DNA of 64,000 nucleotides. Source: Octopus vulgaris. Taxonomy: Eukaryota. Below the pieces are notes generated by a model. That model saw nothing but the letters and a program-made list of their open reading frames with translations, ran no database searches and was not told the origin of the DNA. The stretch's first letter is position 1, and each line of letters opens with the position of its first letter. This document shows, piece by piece, positions 43,987-58,198 of the stretch. Location: assembly GCA_951406725.2 (NCBI GenBank), contig OX597839.1:3162001-3226000 (forward strand). Direction: 5' to 3'. A program made the position numbers and the translations under genes.

Positions 43987-44428
43987 GAAATATGAGTTCA
44001 TCCGATAAAACTCTAGAGCAAAAAAAGAAACAAATATAAACAAAAACTAATATTTATAATAATTTTCAAGGAATCAAATTTATTCAAATGAGAAAAATAA
44101 AACTAGATAACTTATCACCTTCCCTGATGTTAATGAATGCAATGTCATCATAGCGGAAATAATTGATGACAAGATCGAATAACAAGTCAGACACACCAGC
44201 AAGCTTTCCATATAATGAATTTAATATTTCTAATTGTCGCCAACGGAATTCTTAAAAACTGAAGCCAAGAAATATGAGAAGAAATACAATCATAATTTCA
44301 CTAACGGGAGTCTCAGTGTGTTAACGCATAAGAATTCTTATCATCGTATGCGCATATACGTCGCGGACGCATGTGCATATGTATGGCTACATACATACGT
44401 TGTACATCTATCCGTTCATTCATTCATC

Positions 44429-44710
44429 AATGTATCCATCCAGCTGTATGCATGTGTGTGTGTGTGTGTACATAGACAGATCTCGTGATCAAACGGGTTA
44501 TCGAATGTTGTTATATATCGCTGGTCACAGTGCACTTTGCATCCTTTTAGCTGTTGAATAATGTATCCATCCAGCTGTATGCATGTGTGTGTGTGTGTGT
44601 GTGTGTGTGTGAGTGTACATAGACAGATCTCGTAATCAACCAGGATATCGAATGTTGTTATATATCGCTGGTCACAGTGCACTTTGCATCCTTTTAGCTG
44701 TTGAATAATG
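44429..44710. repeat. Local tandem duplication (units of about 131-147 bp)
   Basis: AATGTATCCATCCAGCTG...TTTTAGCTGTTGAATAATG occurs twice. Confidence 0.9.
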
Positions 44711-45375
44711 ACAGCCCGTTTGTTAGGTAAGCAGGCCAACATCTCCCCACCCCAGATCGGAAAGCTAGTTTGTTACAAGGTTACCCATTTACAGCTGAAT
44801 AAAATTAAGTGTTTTACTCAAGAAAAAAAAAGCAACACGCGGCTCGGTATGGAAATCGAACCCACGATCTAAGGATCGTGAGTGCAACACCGTAACCACT
44901 ATATCATACTCCTTCGCTACATAGACATATACATACATATAAACATACATCAACTCGCGACCAAGTAAGACCACTTGTTAAACACATTTCACTCCAAGAA
45001 ACATCTTAAGTTTAGTTTTCCCTTCACTGATGACGTCTCGTATGTCTCCTAAGGCGTGCAAAGGGCCTACAAGTCATTCCACAAGACCACAAGTCAACCT
45101 ACCAGCGACAAACAATCTGGAAGTTGGAGCCTACACAACTGAGTGAATCCACTGGCCGGCCCATATACTTTATTACACAAGATTCACAGGAGAACATACT
45201 GGATATCACATTAATAACACTTGTGGCTGAATAGGCCTTCCTTTGAGAAGAAGACACACGGAAGAGAATGTTTCATGCCTTGCTCAGGAAGAAGATCCAT
45301 ATATTTACTGGCATGTTCCAGTTCAGTGTATGTCACTCTGTTGTTCTCGTCGTATTTTTGCATCCAACAGAGACC

Positions 45376-45601
45376 TATTTCTTTACTATCCACAAGGGGC
45401 TACACACAGAGGGGACAAACAAGGGCAGACAAACGGATTAAGTCGATTACATCGACCCCAATGCGCAACTGGTACTTAATTTATCGACCCCGAAAGGATG
45501 AAAGGCAAAGTCGACCTCGGCGGAATTTGAACTCAGAACGTAACGGCAGACAAAAATACGGCTACGCATTTCGCCCGGCGTGCTAACGCTTCTGCCAGCT
45601 C
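45376..45601 (-). mobile_element. SINE family A with 16-bp TSD
   Basis: GCATCCAACAGAGACC at 45360-45375 and 45602-45617. Confidence 0.9.
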
Positions 45602-45612
45602 GCATCCAACAG

Positions 45613-45735
45613 AGACCATAAACCCATGTCTCATCACCACTGATAACGGTCTCCATGAAGACCGGGTCGTGGTTTGCACAGTCCAGCATGTTCTGAGCGG
45701 TTTCCACGTTTTAAAACTTACCCTTCCTGTGTTGT
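45613..45735 (-). mobile_element. Mariner transposase fragment (first catalytic Asp)
   Basis: AQNMLDCANHDPVFMETVISGDETWVYG. Confidence 0.85.
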
Positions 45736-46020
45736 CTTTCATTTTGCCTTCATTGCTTTCACTACATAGACATATATGTGTGTGTATGTCTGTACAAGTG
45801 TGTGCGTGTGTATGTGAGTGTGTGTGTGTGTATGTGTGTGTGTAGGCTTATATACATATGATTAGACTGTAATTTGAACTGGATCCAGCTTGTTCACTCC
45901 ACAACATTTAACAATTTAACCATTTTAGTGATTTCGGTTTCAATGAGTTATGGAAACCTTCAGGCGTGAGTTTCTGCAAGCGTAGTCGCCGTACACAAGC
46001 TCAAATCACACACACACACA

Positions 46021-46082
<62 letters not shown>

Positions 46083-46834
46083 CACGCACATACACACACA
46101 CACATATAAGGACACACGGTTGTACAAACACACATATACACAAGCATACAATTCCACATGCAGATACACATATACACATGTGCACAGATATGTACGCACA
46201 TATGTCTTCGTACATATAATGAATTATTAGTAACTGTTAGAATGCTAATTAGCTTAAACGCCTTCATATTCTGCGATACATGATATCTCCAGAGCAGTTA
46301 AGTGCGTCATAGAAAGCTTTGTTCACATTGTGAGAAAGACGATGCCAGTTATTGTCTTTGACATTCAGTGTCTCCCTTCACTGTCTTCCTTTTCTCCTGT
46401 CCTTGAGAATTTGATGAAGGACTTACATGAGGGGGTTGGTTGAGAGGATCAGTTGAAAACAGATTAAGCTGCTATGACAATTTTCAAACACCTTCCCACT
46501 TGACCAAAGCCAATGGGTTGGGCTTTATGTAATCTTTTAACCCGGTGTAAATAGCAGCCAAATACACGCAAAGAAAATTCTATTGTCTTCAGGTTATGCA
46601 GGTGCTAAGATACACCACACGTTAAACCAGCCGGATATTTTTTTTTAATTTATGAAATTAAATACGGTATATATGTATATATATGTATATATATATGCGT
46701 GTGTGTGTATGTGTGAACACATGCACACATATCCACTAATTCTTAAACACACACATGCACGCACACATGCGCGCACACACACGCACGTACACATACACAC
46801 ATCTATCTATCTATTTGTCTGTCTCTCTCTCTCC

Positions 46835-46890
<56 letters not shown>

Positions 46891-47080
46891 TAATAGTAAT
46901 AGTATGACAACAAAAGAATGAACGATCGAATCGATCGCAATGATACCTGGTTGATCTTGTCAGTAGTCACTGGTGTACCTTTTGTGATCTAGATATATGA
47001 TTTATAATATATTTTATTTTTTCTATATGGTATGGTGTATGTCTATCATTGTTTGAATTACATAATAGTGGTTTTTCTCT

Positions 47081-47144
<64 letters not shown>

Positions 47145-47393
47145 TGTATGTATGTATGTATGTATACACACAAGAGGTACGCAATGAAACATGTTTCATA
47201 CCGAGAGCAACCTTTAAATTAAAATTTTTATTCCTTAGATATTTACTCGTCAAGTTTTTAATATTCAGTTATTATTTAAATTTATTATTTGTATTTCTAT
47301 TCATTTGCACATGTTAAGTAAGATTATATTGAAGATATAGAGTATCATGGAAGTATATAAGAGTTAGGGGTAGTGAAAAATGTTGAGGAATCC

Positions 47394-47493
47394 AGACCTG
47401 ACGATTGGGAGTATGTCGACCCGAGTAAGTATTGAAACTAGATACCTCGTATCTAATCAATACCGACGTACTTTCATGAAACGCGTGTAGTCT
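47394..47493 (+). ncRNA. Type-I hammerhead ribozyme, canonical core, extended stem II
   Basis: agac CTGACGA t TGGGAGTATGTCG...CGACGTACTTTCA t GAA ACGCGTGT A gtct. Stem II has 13 bp plus a nested hairpin (gtattga..tagatac-ctc-gtatcta..tcaatac). Confidence 0.85.
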
Positions 47494-47735
47494 TATAAAC
47501 GGAAAATACAGGATTCAGAATAGATATAGCTAGTTAAGATTTAATTTTTAATATTTTATAGAGTGGTCGGGTATAAAAATCTTAGTGTTGACTGAGTTGA
47601 AGGTGGTTCTGTCTCTAAAATTACTTTTATATATATGAATTAAACATTGAGAGATGTTCATTTTAGGACATCTAATTTGAATGTCTTTCTCCTGTGTACT
47701 CGGAACTAATATTACCTAATAATTATAATATATAT

Positions 47736-47789
<54 letters not shown>

Positions 47790-47844
47790 ATATATGTATA
47801 TGTAAGTATGTATGTGTGTATGCATATATATATATATAATATAT

Positions 47845-48354
47845 ATAGTGTAATAAATAAAATATATGCATATATACAAACATATATGTACGTACCTACA
47901 TCTACATGTACATATACATGCATATATAAATATATACGTAAGTACAGGACACCACAACTAGACGTAGAACTCAACGAGAAACGAAAATGGAAAAACAAGC
48001 ATGGAACAAACCATTTTTTTACAACAGAAAAACAGAGTACAAGACAAACACGAGGAAAAATCCTTCATCAGCTGTCCCTAGTTCGACTCTAGCGTGTCGA
48101 AACACGCTAGAGTTGAACTAGGGACAGCTGATGAAGGATTTTTCCTCGTGTTTGTCTTGTACTCTGTTTTTCTGTTGTAAAAAAATGGTTTGTTCCATGC
48201 TTGTTTTTCCGTTTTCGTTTCTCGTTGAGTTCTACGTCTAGTTGTGGTGTCCTGTACTTACGTATATATTTATATATGCATGTATATGTACATGTAGATG
48301 TAGGTACGTACATATATGTTTGTATGTATGCACATATTTTATTTATTACACTAT
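47845..48354. repeat. Near-perfect 510-bp palindrome with a 4-nt loop (CGAA)
   Basis: Arms 47845-48097 and 48102-48354, only a few mismatches. Confidence 0.95.
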
Positions 48355-48424
48355 TGTTTGACAGCGCCCTCGCGTCGATTCGATTCGTTCGTTTCGTTCC
48401 GTTCTTCTTCTTCTCCAAGTACTG

Positions 48425-48466
<42 letters not shown>

Positions 48467-48639
48467 TTTTAATTCTAAATTTCTCAGAGAGAGACATTCA
48501 GTAACACTTCTTGAAAGTAAAAGCTAATTGCCAACAAAATATGGCTGTCCTGGAAGTGAGGTTGTTACTATTTATTAGCTCCAAGAAACATCGTTTATAG
48601 CTGGCTATACGACTCACTATCTTTGGCCTTTTGTGTGTG

Positions 48640-48736
<97 letters not shown>

Positions 48737-48789
48737 TCGCGTTTATGCATATGTATATAAATATACTTGTGTGTCTATGTGTATATAAA

Positions 48790-49260
48790 TAGCATGACAG
48801 CGCATCCCTGTTTCGATGTTAAAGTATGAAAAGAGTGTCATTCACAAATGTCGCAGCTCTTTAGCGATTCCATTGTATACTTGTAGTATCATGCTAGTTA
48901 AAGGTAAATTAATTTGCTAAACAAATGTGCTATCAATATCTTCATACGTATAAACTTTGACGTTCTTGTTACTTCATCCCAAAAGATGAAACCGTTATCT
49001 CGAATTTGTCTTGCCATTTTGCTGTCGATATCAATGCCGGAAACGACGATCATGTCAGTGGAAATTACAATATGGAAAGTTGAATAACCTGAAGAATCGC
49101 TTTTGTAGAATAATACTAGAGATGCAACAGCAAGATATAGTTGATTCCATGTTCTCGATAAATGCTTGAATAAAAAACGTTTTTACAGATCTATCAATAG
49201 AGAAAGGATTTGTATTTAAATTGTTTTTTTCTTTATGGCAGCAGTTAAAGCGTCAACGAC
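48790..49260 (-). mobile_element. Decayed Helitron PIF1-like helicase fragment
   Basis: LAVAS...GYSTFHIVI...IDIDSKMARQIRDNGFIFWDEVT, resembling the motif Ia to Walker B region. Frameshifted. Confidence 0.6.
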
Positions 49261-50067
49261 ATGTCATTATTGATTTGAGTTCTACGTCCTTCGATTGCTT
49301 CCTTCAATTTTCTATATATTGTCTACAATGGGTTAAAATATATTCTAACTCTTGAACGATGGATATCATCAAATGATGTTTCATTAGCGAACAGCTGGCA
49401 TCATGAGTTGATGCTTCAAACATTTTACACGGGTACGGTCATTGTCAGTTGACCAAACTACTACTTCGTCAAATACGCTTAGACGCAAGCGGCTCTTATC
49501 GATGGGAGAAACCAAGTCACAAATAGGTTTATATGACGATGAAGAAGCTATTTTTCTGGCATAACTTCGTTATTAGATAAAATAGATGATGATTATGGTG
49601 GTGTAAAAATAGTAGTGGGACTAAAACTTCTTCAAAGCGGTGCCTGGGTGGAACTTTGGGCAACTGTCTTCTACTGTAGCCTCGGCCCGACCCCTCTTTA
49701 GATAAGATTAATACAAGAATAATATAAGACGTCTCTATGCTTGCGTCCCCCGGAACCTAATGACTTGATTGGTTGCAAGAAATGCACTTCATTTTTACCC
49801 GGGGTACCCAGGAAAATCCGACAGGAATTAATCGTATTCCGCCCTGATGAAGAGCCCACAGGCAGCCGTTGCTGAGCATTATTATAAAGAGTGTTCTTCT
49901 ATAGTGATCTTAAGATATAAACTCAGTAACTTAAAGATGGTTTGCAGCGCAGAAACAAATGTGATCTATTGATGAAACTTATCTTCTATCCTCGTGTTAT
50001 ATTATTCTTATATATATATATATATATTGTGTGTATTTATATCTGTGTGTATATATATTTGTATGTA

Positions 50068-50235
<168 letters not shown>

Positions 50236-50287
50236 GTGTGTGTCTGTGTGTGTATATATATGTGTGTGTGTGTGTTGTGTGTGGGTG

Positions 50288-50362
<75 letters not shown>

Positions 50363-50937
50363 GTATATGTATTTATGTATGTATGTATATATATATATAC
50401 ATTCACATTACTATCTCTTGTCTATTGTCATAGTCTAATCAATAGGTACCTAAGCGTTACAAAATATTCAAATTCAATTAGACTTGTCTCCAAGCTGTAT
50501 CGGGAACATACAGTACGATTCTACCTTTATGCTTTTTATATCATCTTCCCATCATATAATCTAATGGTGTCACCGCATAACTAAATTACTTCATAATAGA
50601 CTGTGTGCTTTCCTCCTGTTCTCCTTCATCCATTTTACAATGCCTCTGTTGTCTTGCTGATATATGTTGATGATGCTGCTGCTGTCGATTTTTCTTGGTT
50701 GGTAAGTGTGATGTCAGACTTTCTCTGCAATCATAAGTTATACGTAAGAATTGTCACGATTTCGCAAATTCTTTATTGTTTATTTTTTTATGCATTATTC
50801 TCTTTTTTTTCTTTTCTTTTGTGAACTGACAAAATGAAAACGAATACATACATATATATATATATATATATCTGTGTGTGTGTGTATACGTATGTCTATA
50901 TATATATATATATATTTATACACATATATATATATTA

Positions 50938-50976
<39 letters not shown>

Positions 50977-51101
50977 ATACATATAGTCATACATATATAT
51001 AAACAAGTGTATATATATATATATATATGTATATATATTATTCTTTAGACATCAAGGCCTCTGTGTACACATTTATTAAATTGCTATGTCTACATGCCTA
51101 G

Positions 51102-51175
<74 letters not shown>

Positions 51176-52458
51176 ACGTATGTATATACATATATATATG
51201 TATATATATATATATCGATATTGGTCTTCATGGCTATGTACGCACACCACACAGGCATACACATCAAAACGCATACATAGATGTTATGTATTTAAAGAAA
51301 ATATATTCACTACATACATTTCAGGTTATATATATTTAATATAATTTACATTTGTTGCAACTTAAAGTTTGGCGCTCACAGCTAACAAAACACTTCACAC
51401 ATATTTAGATAATAGGCAGCCATATTCTATAAATATGCTAAGAAATATGCATCAATATTTTTAAAAAAATGAATTGAGACATAACTACACAGAAAAAAGC
51501 TTTTAACTGTTGACATGTAAATATCATAAGAATGGTGTTGATAGGGGAATAGTACTAGATCATGTATTACAATAAATTGTCCATGAAATAGAGTCATTAT
51601 ATAAATATACACACATGCATGCATACATATATCATTCAACTATGGTAGTAGTTGAATGATATTCTTAAGGCTGCAATTTACTCACACGCAGCATCTTTCA
51701 GAGCTTGTCACTAATTCAGTTCTTAGCCAAGTTGAAAACTGTTACCGTTTTTGAAGAGGACTGGTCTCTAGCTACATTTTGGCATAAAAAATTGAGATTT
51801 GGTCCAGTAGAGAAAAGTTTGCAGCAACGTTAGAGGAGAGTAAGTGACGCCAACAATCAAGTTTAGATCTAAATAATTTTTTTTTTATTTTAAAAGCAAA
51901 ATATATTTATCTTAACTTCAATGATAGAAGAAAGCGTGAAGAACTTTATAGTTCTGGTCCCATGCAAAAAAAATCTGTATCAAAAAAGTTGAGAGGTAAA
52001 ATATCTTGAAAAATGTAAGTCAGGCAAAAAATTGTATTTAAGCATAATTAACTTTTTTATTTTAAAAACAAACTATATTTTAATTAAGCTTTAATGATAG
52101 AGTTCAATTCGAGGAATTTCACGGTTTCAATTTCATGCAATGAAGTTTTAGAAGAGAAAAGTTATGAGTGTTTGTTTCTCAAATTTGAGGGTGATAATAT
52201 AGTTCTATACTTTTTTATGAATATAGTTCTAGGGGAATTTTGATATATGTCACCGGCATCATTGAGGTAAGGAAAAATTATCAACGACACCGCTAATTGA
52301 CACATTTGACACATTATTAATTAGCATAAATTAGCATAACAGCATAGCCTGGAAAAAACATGGATTACATGGGAAAATGCGAGCAAGAGAAATAATATTC
52401 TTAAGATTATAAATCTGGAAAATTATAGAACAAGTTATTACACTTGGAAAAGTTCAGG

Positions 52459-53118
52459 ACAACTTATTACATCTGGTAAAGTACAGAACAAGAACATTTT
52501 TACTTAAAATATTGCAGCTAAGGATAAAATTTGAATATTAAAAAATATTTTATTTTAATTTACGAAGTAACATTATAATTTTAAAATGTACCATCCTTTT
52601 TATTAAAATATTGACACACTAGAATACTTAAAAACTGAGAAAGTTTTATGCAAAGTAAAATAGTATATATGGTATACAAATTCATTATGTAAAAAATAGG
52701 CATTGGGTCAAGACTAAAAATGTGAAGACTTGGCAATAACTCAAGCAAATTTTACTGTGAACTTGTTGTTATAGGTAAATTTAACAGTAATACATAACTA
52801 ATTTTTGTATTATTCTATTGATTGTACTAATTATGAACTAGTACTATTTTTTATAACCTATTTTCAAATTTCTGGTTATTAATTAATAATTAAAAAAAGG
52901 AAGTTTTTAAAGTGCAAAAATATTTTGAGTTATTTTTAATTTTTGATAGAAGTAACAAGTAATTAGAATAGAAGTTATAACTTGTAATAAAAGTTTTAGT
53001 TTTTATAAACGCTAATATTTTCTAAATCTAAATATTATATTTGAAACTTTATCCTTAGCTGCAATATTTTAAGTAAAAAATTTCTTGTTCTCTACTTTAT
53101 CAGATGTAATAACTTGTT
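52459..53118. mobile_element. MITE-like element with about 80-bp inverted arms and an AT-rich interior
   Basis: TTATTACATCTG..TTTTTACTTAAAATATTGCAGCTAAGGATAAAA is mirrored at about 53040-53118. About 29-bp subrepeats lie upstream (52405-52490). Confidence 0.65.
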
Positions 53119-53370
53119 CAGAAAATGTGTCAAAGGCTCAGAAACATGTCTCTGGGTGCAGGCTTAGCTGTTGGGGGTGCTTGTCTCCCCTTTGTAAACA
53201 TAAGGACACAGGAAATGCGTCAAGGCCGACAGGAAGCGTTGATGCTTCCTAGGGCTAAATAGCGGTGGTGTGATTCCCTTTATGGGACTGTCACGTTAAG
53301 TTGACAGTATACCACTGCTCTATCGTTCCACCACTGCTTATATCTCTCTGAGATATTTAGAAATTTAATA

Positions 53371-53427
<57 letters not shown>

Positions 53428-53475
53428 GAATATACATATAAATATATACAGACATGTATGCATCTATACACACAC

Positions 53476-53535
<60 letters not shown>

Positions 53536-54301
53536 TTGTATGTGTGTGTATATACACACAAGTATATACGCATGTACATATGCATACACGCTCGGACACA
53601 TACTCGCAAATATATATAAACGCATAAACTTTTTACAAAGACTACTGAGATTAATAAACTTAATTCTCTTAACAAACGAACAAAATACTACACAATTAAA
53701 AACATATATTATATTTAAACAATTTATGAATTCGTTTTTGATCCGAAAATTTTGAGGTTAAGCGTAAATTAAATTGAAAATATTTTATTAAATATTATTG
53801 ATTCCATAATGATATAAAGTACTTTATTTAAACATTAATTTATTGAAATTATTACTTTCAATTTAATTTGTTTACCTTTCAATTCATCAAAGCATAGTGA
53901 AATGATCGATGCTTGTAAAACAAATACTTACCAATATCAAATCTCGGTTTATTTCGTAACTTATTTAATGACATTTAACGATGACCTTTTATTTTCTGTT
54001 CTGTGTGCTATAACATATCATCTGATTTTTTTTTCTCACTTCAATTTATATATATTCTTTTATTCTTCTACTTGTTGCAGTCATATGACAACGGCCATAT
54101 TGAAACACCGCCTTAAAATTTTTTTTTAGTCGAAGAAATCGAACCCAGTAGTTATTTTTTGTAAGCCTAGTACTTATTCTATCGGTCCCTTTCGCCAAAC
54201 CGCTAAGTTACAGGGACGTAAACACACCAAGATAGATATATTTCGTTTTGGGATTTGGTTTGCAAGATTCTTTATGTGAGTTCATGTGTTGAAGCACATT
54301 C

Positions 54302-54451
54302 TGTTGTGTCTGGGAAGAGTCATTCTCTTTTAGTGCCTTATAATTTAACACACTCACCGGTAAAAAAAGGAAGTGGTAATTTGGTAATTTTACCGGTGAG
54401 TGTGCTAAATTATAAGGCACCAGAAGAGAATGGCTCTCCCCCGACACAACA
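54302..54451. repeat. Fold-back (64-bp arms), same family as 58976-59310
   Basis: TGTTGTGTC..CACTCACCGGTAAAA is mirrored. Confidence 0.85.
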
Positions 54452-54501
<50 letters not shown>

Positions 54502-55090
54502 GTCACACATAGAAAGCTGTGATATGTTTCGTATGCTATTGTGAAACAACAATTCTAACGTCTCGAGTAGAGGCCTTTATTTGTATACAAGCCCTGCTTC
54601 AATATATTTGCTAACGTTACTAAATAATTGTTGCCGACGCACACTAATATTGCGACACATCTGCAAATAATATGATCAAGAAGCAAATTAAATAAAACTC
54701 GAAGTAAAATGAAGTAATAAAGTTGAAGTGAATTGATATAATCTTGATCAAATAAAAATAAATCCGGAAACAAATTTATTTAGGAGTAAATTAAATAGCA
54801 AGTATTTAGATAAATCATCGTAGATGTCTGTAATATGAATTGTTAGTAGGTACTCTGATATTAATTTTAAATCTGAATTGATTTTTAGGTCTACAACGTT
54901 GCGTTTACGTTTGGAGGGCGAAAATAAATTCCAGATTTTCAATGTAATGATTGTTTGTCTCAGTCTACAAACATTGGTACTTCACGTGGTATCAAGCAGG
55001 AGAGTAAGCAGTGGGAGCATACAAAACGTGGTATTAAGACAACAGTACATAACTAGGGATGCAAGTTTGAAGTGTCTATGTCACGGTAGG

Positions 55091-55360
55091 AGAGTCTATC
55101 ACAAGTGGAAGAGTCTATTATAAGGTGGAAGATTTCATGACAAGTGGACGAGTCTATGATAAGATAGAGGAGTTCATGACAAGTGGAAGAGTTCATAACA
55201 AGGTGAAAAAGTCCATGATAATGTGGGGGAGTTATTGACAAGTGGAGGAGTCCATGATAAGGTGAAGAAATTCATGACTAAGTGGAGCAGTTTATGATAA
55301 GGTAGAAGGAGCTATGACAAAGTGTACGAGTCCATGATATGGTAGAGGAATCCATGACGA
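55091..55360. repeat. Degenerate minisatellite, about 20-bp unit (GAGTYCATGAYAAG(G)TGGA)
   Basis: About 13 diverged units. Confidence 0.8.
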
Positions 55361-55620
55361 GGGGTCCAGAGATAATTTAGAGAAGCTTCCTGAGTAATGT
55401 TTTGAGTGCATAAATGATTGCTCACAATAAGGAACGGAGAAGCTTTGCAAACTTTTACAAGTATCGCTGTGTGCTTAAGAAGCTCTCTTCATTTGGCAGC
55501 TATATTGCTTCGGGATCAGTTCCACTTTTGTCAAGAATCTTCTACTGTCGCCCTCAGTCGATCAATGATTTGTGAATGAATTTGGTTGGGAGAAACTGTG
55601 TGAAAGCCCGACGTTTTTAT

Positions 55621-55653
55621 TTTCCAACGAAGGGCTATGCTCCAAACGTCAAA
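55621..55653 (+). pseudogene. Decayed minimal hammerhead, similar to the 63443 motif
   Basis: ttt CCAACGA a GGGC-tat-GCTC CAA ACGT C aaa. G5 and G12 are mutated. Confidence 0.5.
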
Positions 55654-55788
55654 CTCTCTCTCTTTTCACCGATTCCTTGTGCATGTCCTCTTATTTATCG
55701 ATCCTGAAAGAATGAAAGGCAAAGTCGACCTCGGCGGAATTTGAACGCAGATTGTATAGCAGGGTCAGTTGAGCACTCTCTGTATACC

Positions 55789-56090
55789 ATGACTCAATTC
55801 GCTCTGCTGGACATTTGGAAACGACGTGCTGTACAGCTTAGTATTCGCGCCGGAAGCTACAATGCGAAAATTTCAGACTCAACACAGAATCCCACATCAA
55901 GTGCCTAGAGGAGGTAGTGCTGCCCTGGGATCAGAGAGTGGCTACTGGAAGACCCTATGTCTGGCAACAGACATGTATGGAACCATGCCACACAAGCAGG
56001 AGAACCCAGTCATGGTAGTCAGACGATTTCTGCGACCACATCACCCCCTAACATCTAGTCACCTAACTCCCCAGACTGCTAACTCCCAAG
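55789..56090 (+). mobile_element. Internally deleted Tc1/mariner transposase
   Basis: N-terminal MTQFALLDIWKRRAVQLSIRAGS joined to CLEEVVLP..GRPYVWQQD..PCHTSRRTQSW..FCDHITPNI*SPNSPDC. Confidence 0.8.
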
Positions 56091-56602
56091 ACTGCTCTCA
56101 CGTGACCATCGGCCATCTTTCTTTCTTCTTGTATCTTGTGTTTCTTTCTTTCTCTCCGTTGTAGCTGGAACAAGGAAGACGTGTTCATGTTTGTCACCTG
56201 TCCCTGTTTGATTTACGCACTCGCTACCACAACCTTGTTTAGGCTTAGCATCCCTTCCTGTTTGTTTTCACTGCCCTGTTTGTGTTACCAATTTTGACCC
56301 TCCGCAAAATCCCAAATTTTATTTAATTTGTTTTGCGGGAGCAACTGTTTTATGGAAAGCGTATATTGTTATTAAATGCACGAAATGCGAGACTAAAAAT
56401 ACAGCTAACAACTGATGAAGAGTCGTTCTTTATGTACTTTATTTTGTTTTCTATTTGTGTCTTTCGTCGTTCGAAAGAATAGTCCATGTCCCATGCACTC
56501 GTGCCCCATATTTTTTGTTGTACACGTTTTGTGACGTCCGCTGCCCACATATGCATATATACATATACGTATAGATGTAAGTATGTACATATACGCATAT
56601 AT

Positions 56603-57218
56603 ATACTTTGATACTTTGATACTTTGATAGGTTTCGGCCATTATTGGCCCAGGCCATGTCTAACTTAATAGCACCACCTGGTGAAGTCTTTCAAGTCAGA
56701 ATTTGGGCACTATGGCCCACTCAAGTAGAGAGTTATTGTTTACAGAGACATATCCGGGTGTAGGGGGTTTATCCGGGATTTCTTGAAGGAATCTGTCCAA
56801 AGACTTCTTGAACCCTATGGGGTCAGTTTCTGTTTTAATGTGTTTTGGTGTAATGTTAAAGAGAGCGGGGCCAATTGAGGTGAAATAATTGTGCCGTATT
56901 GTTGTTATGAGATGAGAGTGCGATTTTTGTTTTGGGCGGATGGCACGGGGCCCAAGCCTTGGATGTACCTTGAAGGTGATGCCAACATCATTTGGGCAAT
57001 GCTGATGGAATATTTTCCACATCATGCAGATGATGTAGCGCTCACGACGACGTTGGAGAGAATAGAGTTTTAGCTTTTCTAGTCGACCCCAATAGTCGAG
57101 GCCTGTCATGCCATCTATCTTTTTTGTGATTGCCCTTTGAGGTGCTTCAACTTTTATGATACCTTGTATTGTGTGGGGAGACCACAGTGGACAACAGTAT
57201 TCAAGGTGGGGTCGGGCT
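56603..57218 (-). mobile_element. 5'-truncated CR1-group LINE with intact ORF2 end, 3'UTR and (ATCAAAGT)n tail
   Basis: Open frame from 57218 to 56696: [13 protein letters not shown]...[28 protein letters not shown]. Tandem ACTTTGAT at 56605-56628. Confidence 0.9.
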
Positions 57219-57275
57219 ACATGTATATATATTATTTATATTATATATATATATATACATACATATATATGTATG

Positions 57276-57314
<39 letters not shown>

Positions 57315-57347
57315 TGTACATATACTCATACACACACATACACACAC

Positions 57348-57400
<53 letters not shown>

Positions 57401-57411
57401 CATACATACAT

Positions 57412-57489
<78 letters not shown>

Positions 57490-57719
57490 GGCAGCAACAA
57501 CACCAACAGCAGCACCATCTACAGCGATGACAAACAATATCAGCGTAACACGCCTCAGAAATTCAATAATTCTAGGGACGCAAAACCAGTAGACAGACAT
57601 TTATCATTTGTCGGTCAGTCTATGTATGTATATATCTATCTATCTATTTATTTATCTATATATCTATATATTTATCGGCATATCTGCTTATCTGTCTGCC
57701 TGTACGTATATCTGTCTAT

Positions 57720-57772
<53 letters not shown>

Positions 57773-57869
57773 CAAGGTATTCCTTACATTATATTTCAAT
57801 TGATCCTCCGGGAAACCACTGCATATTGCATTACTGTATTATATATTTCGCAGACACACACACACACAT

Positions 57870-57914
<45 letters not shown>

Positions 57915-57972
57915 TACTCACATGCACACACATGCACACTTACACACGCACGCATATATATATATATGTATG

Positions 57973-58014
<42 letters not shown>

Positions 58015-58159
58015 TATGTGTGTGCATGTGCATATGTATTTACATATACTGAGCTATATTTGTATACATATTTATGCATGATAGTCATACATGTATATAT
58101 ATATGTATATATATATATATGTATATATATATATGTATATATATATATGTATATATATG

Positions 58160-58198
<39 letters not shown>

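Noticed and set aside
45027-45060. CTGATGA box
   Set aside because: No compatible stem II or GAAA.
49841-49875. CTGATGAAGAGCCCACAGGC hammerhead-like start
   Set aside because: No GAAA, stem III or stem I' follows.
53130-53340. GC-richer segment with hairpins as a possible twister or HDV-like ribozyme
   Set aside because: I could not match the conserved core nucleotides or pseudoknots.
55091-55360. Regularly spaced 20-bp repeats as a possible CRISPR array
   Set aside because: No unique spacers, eukaryotic context and no cas genes. It is a minisatellite.
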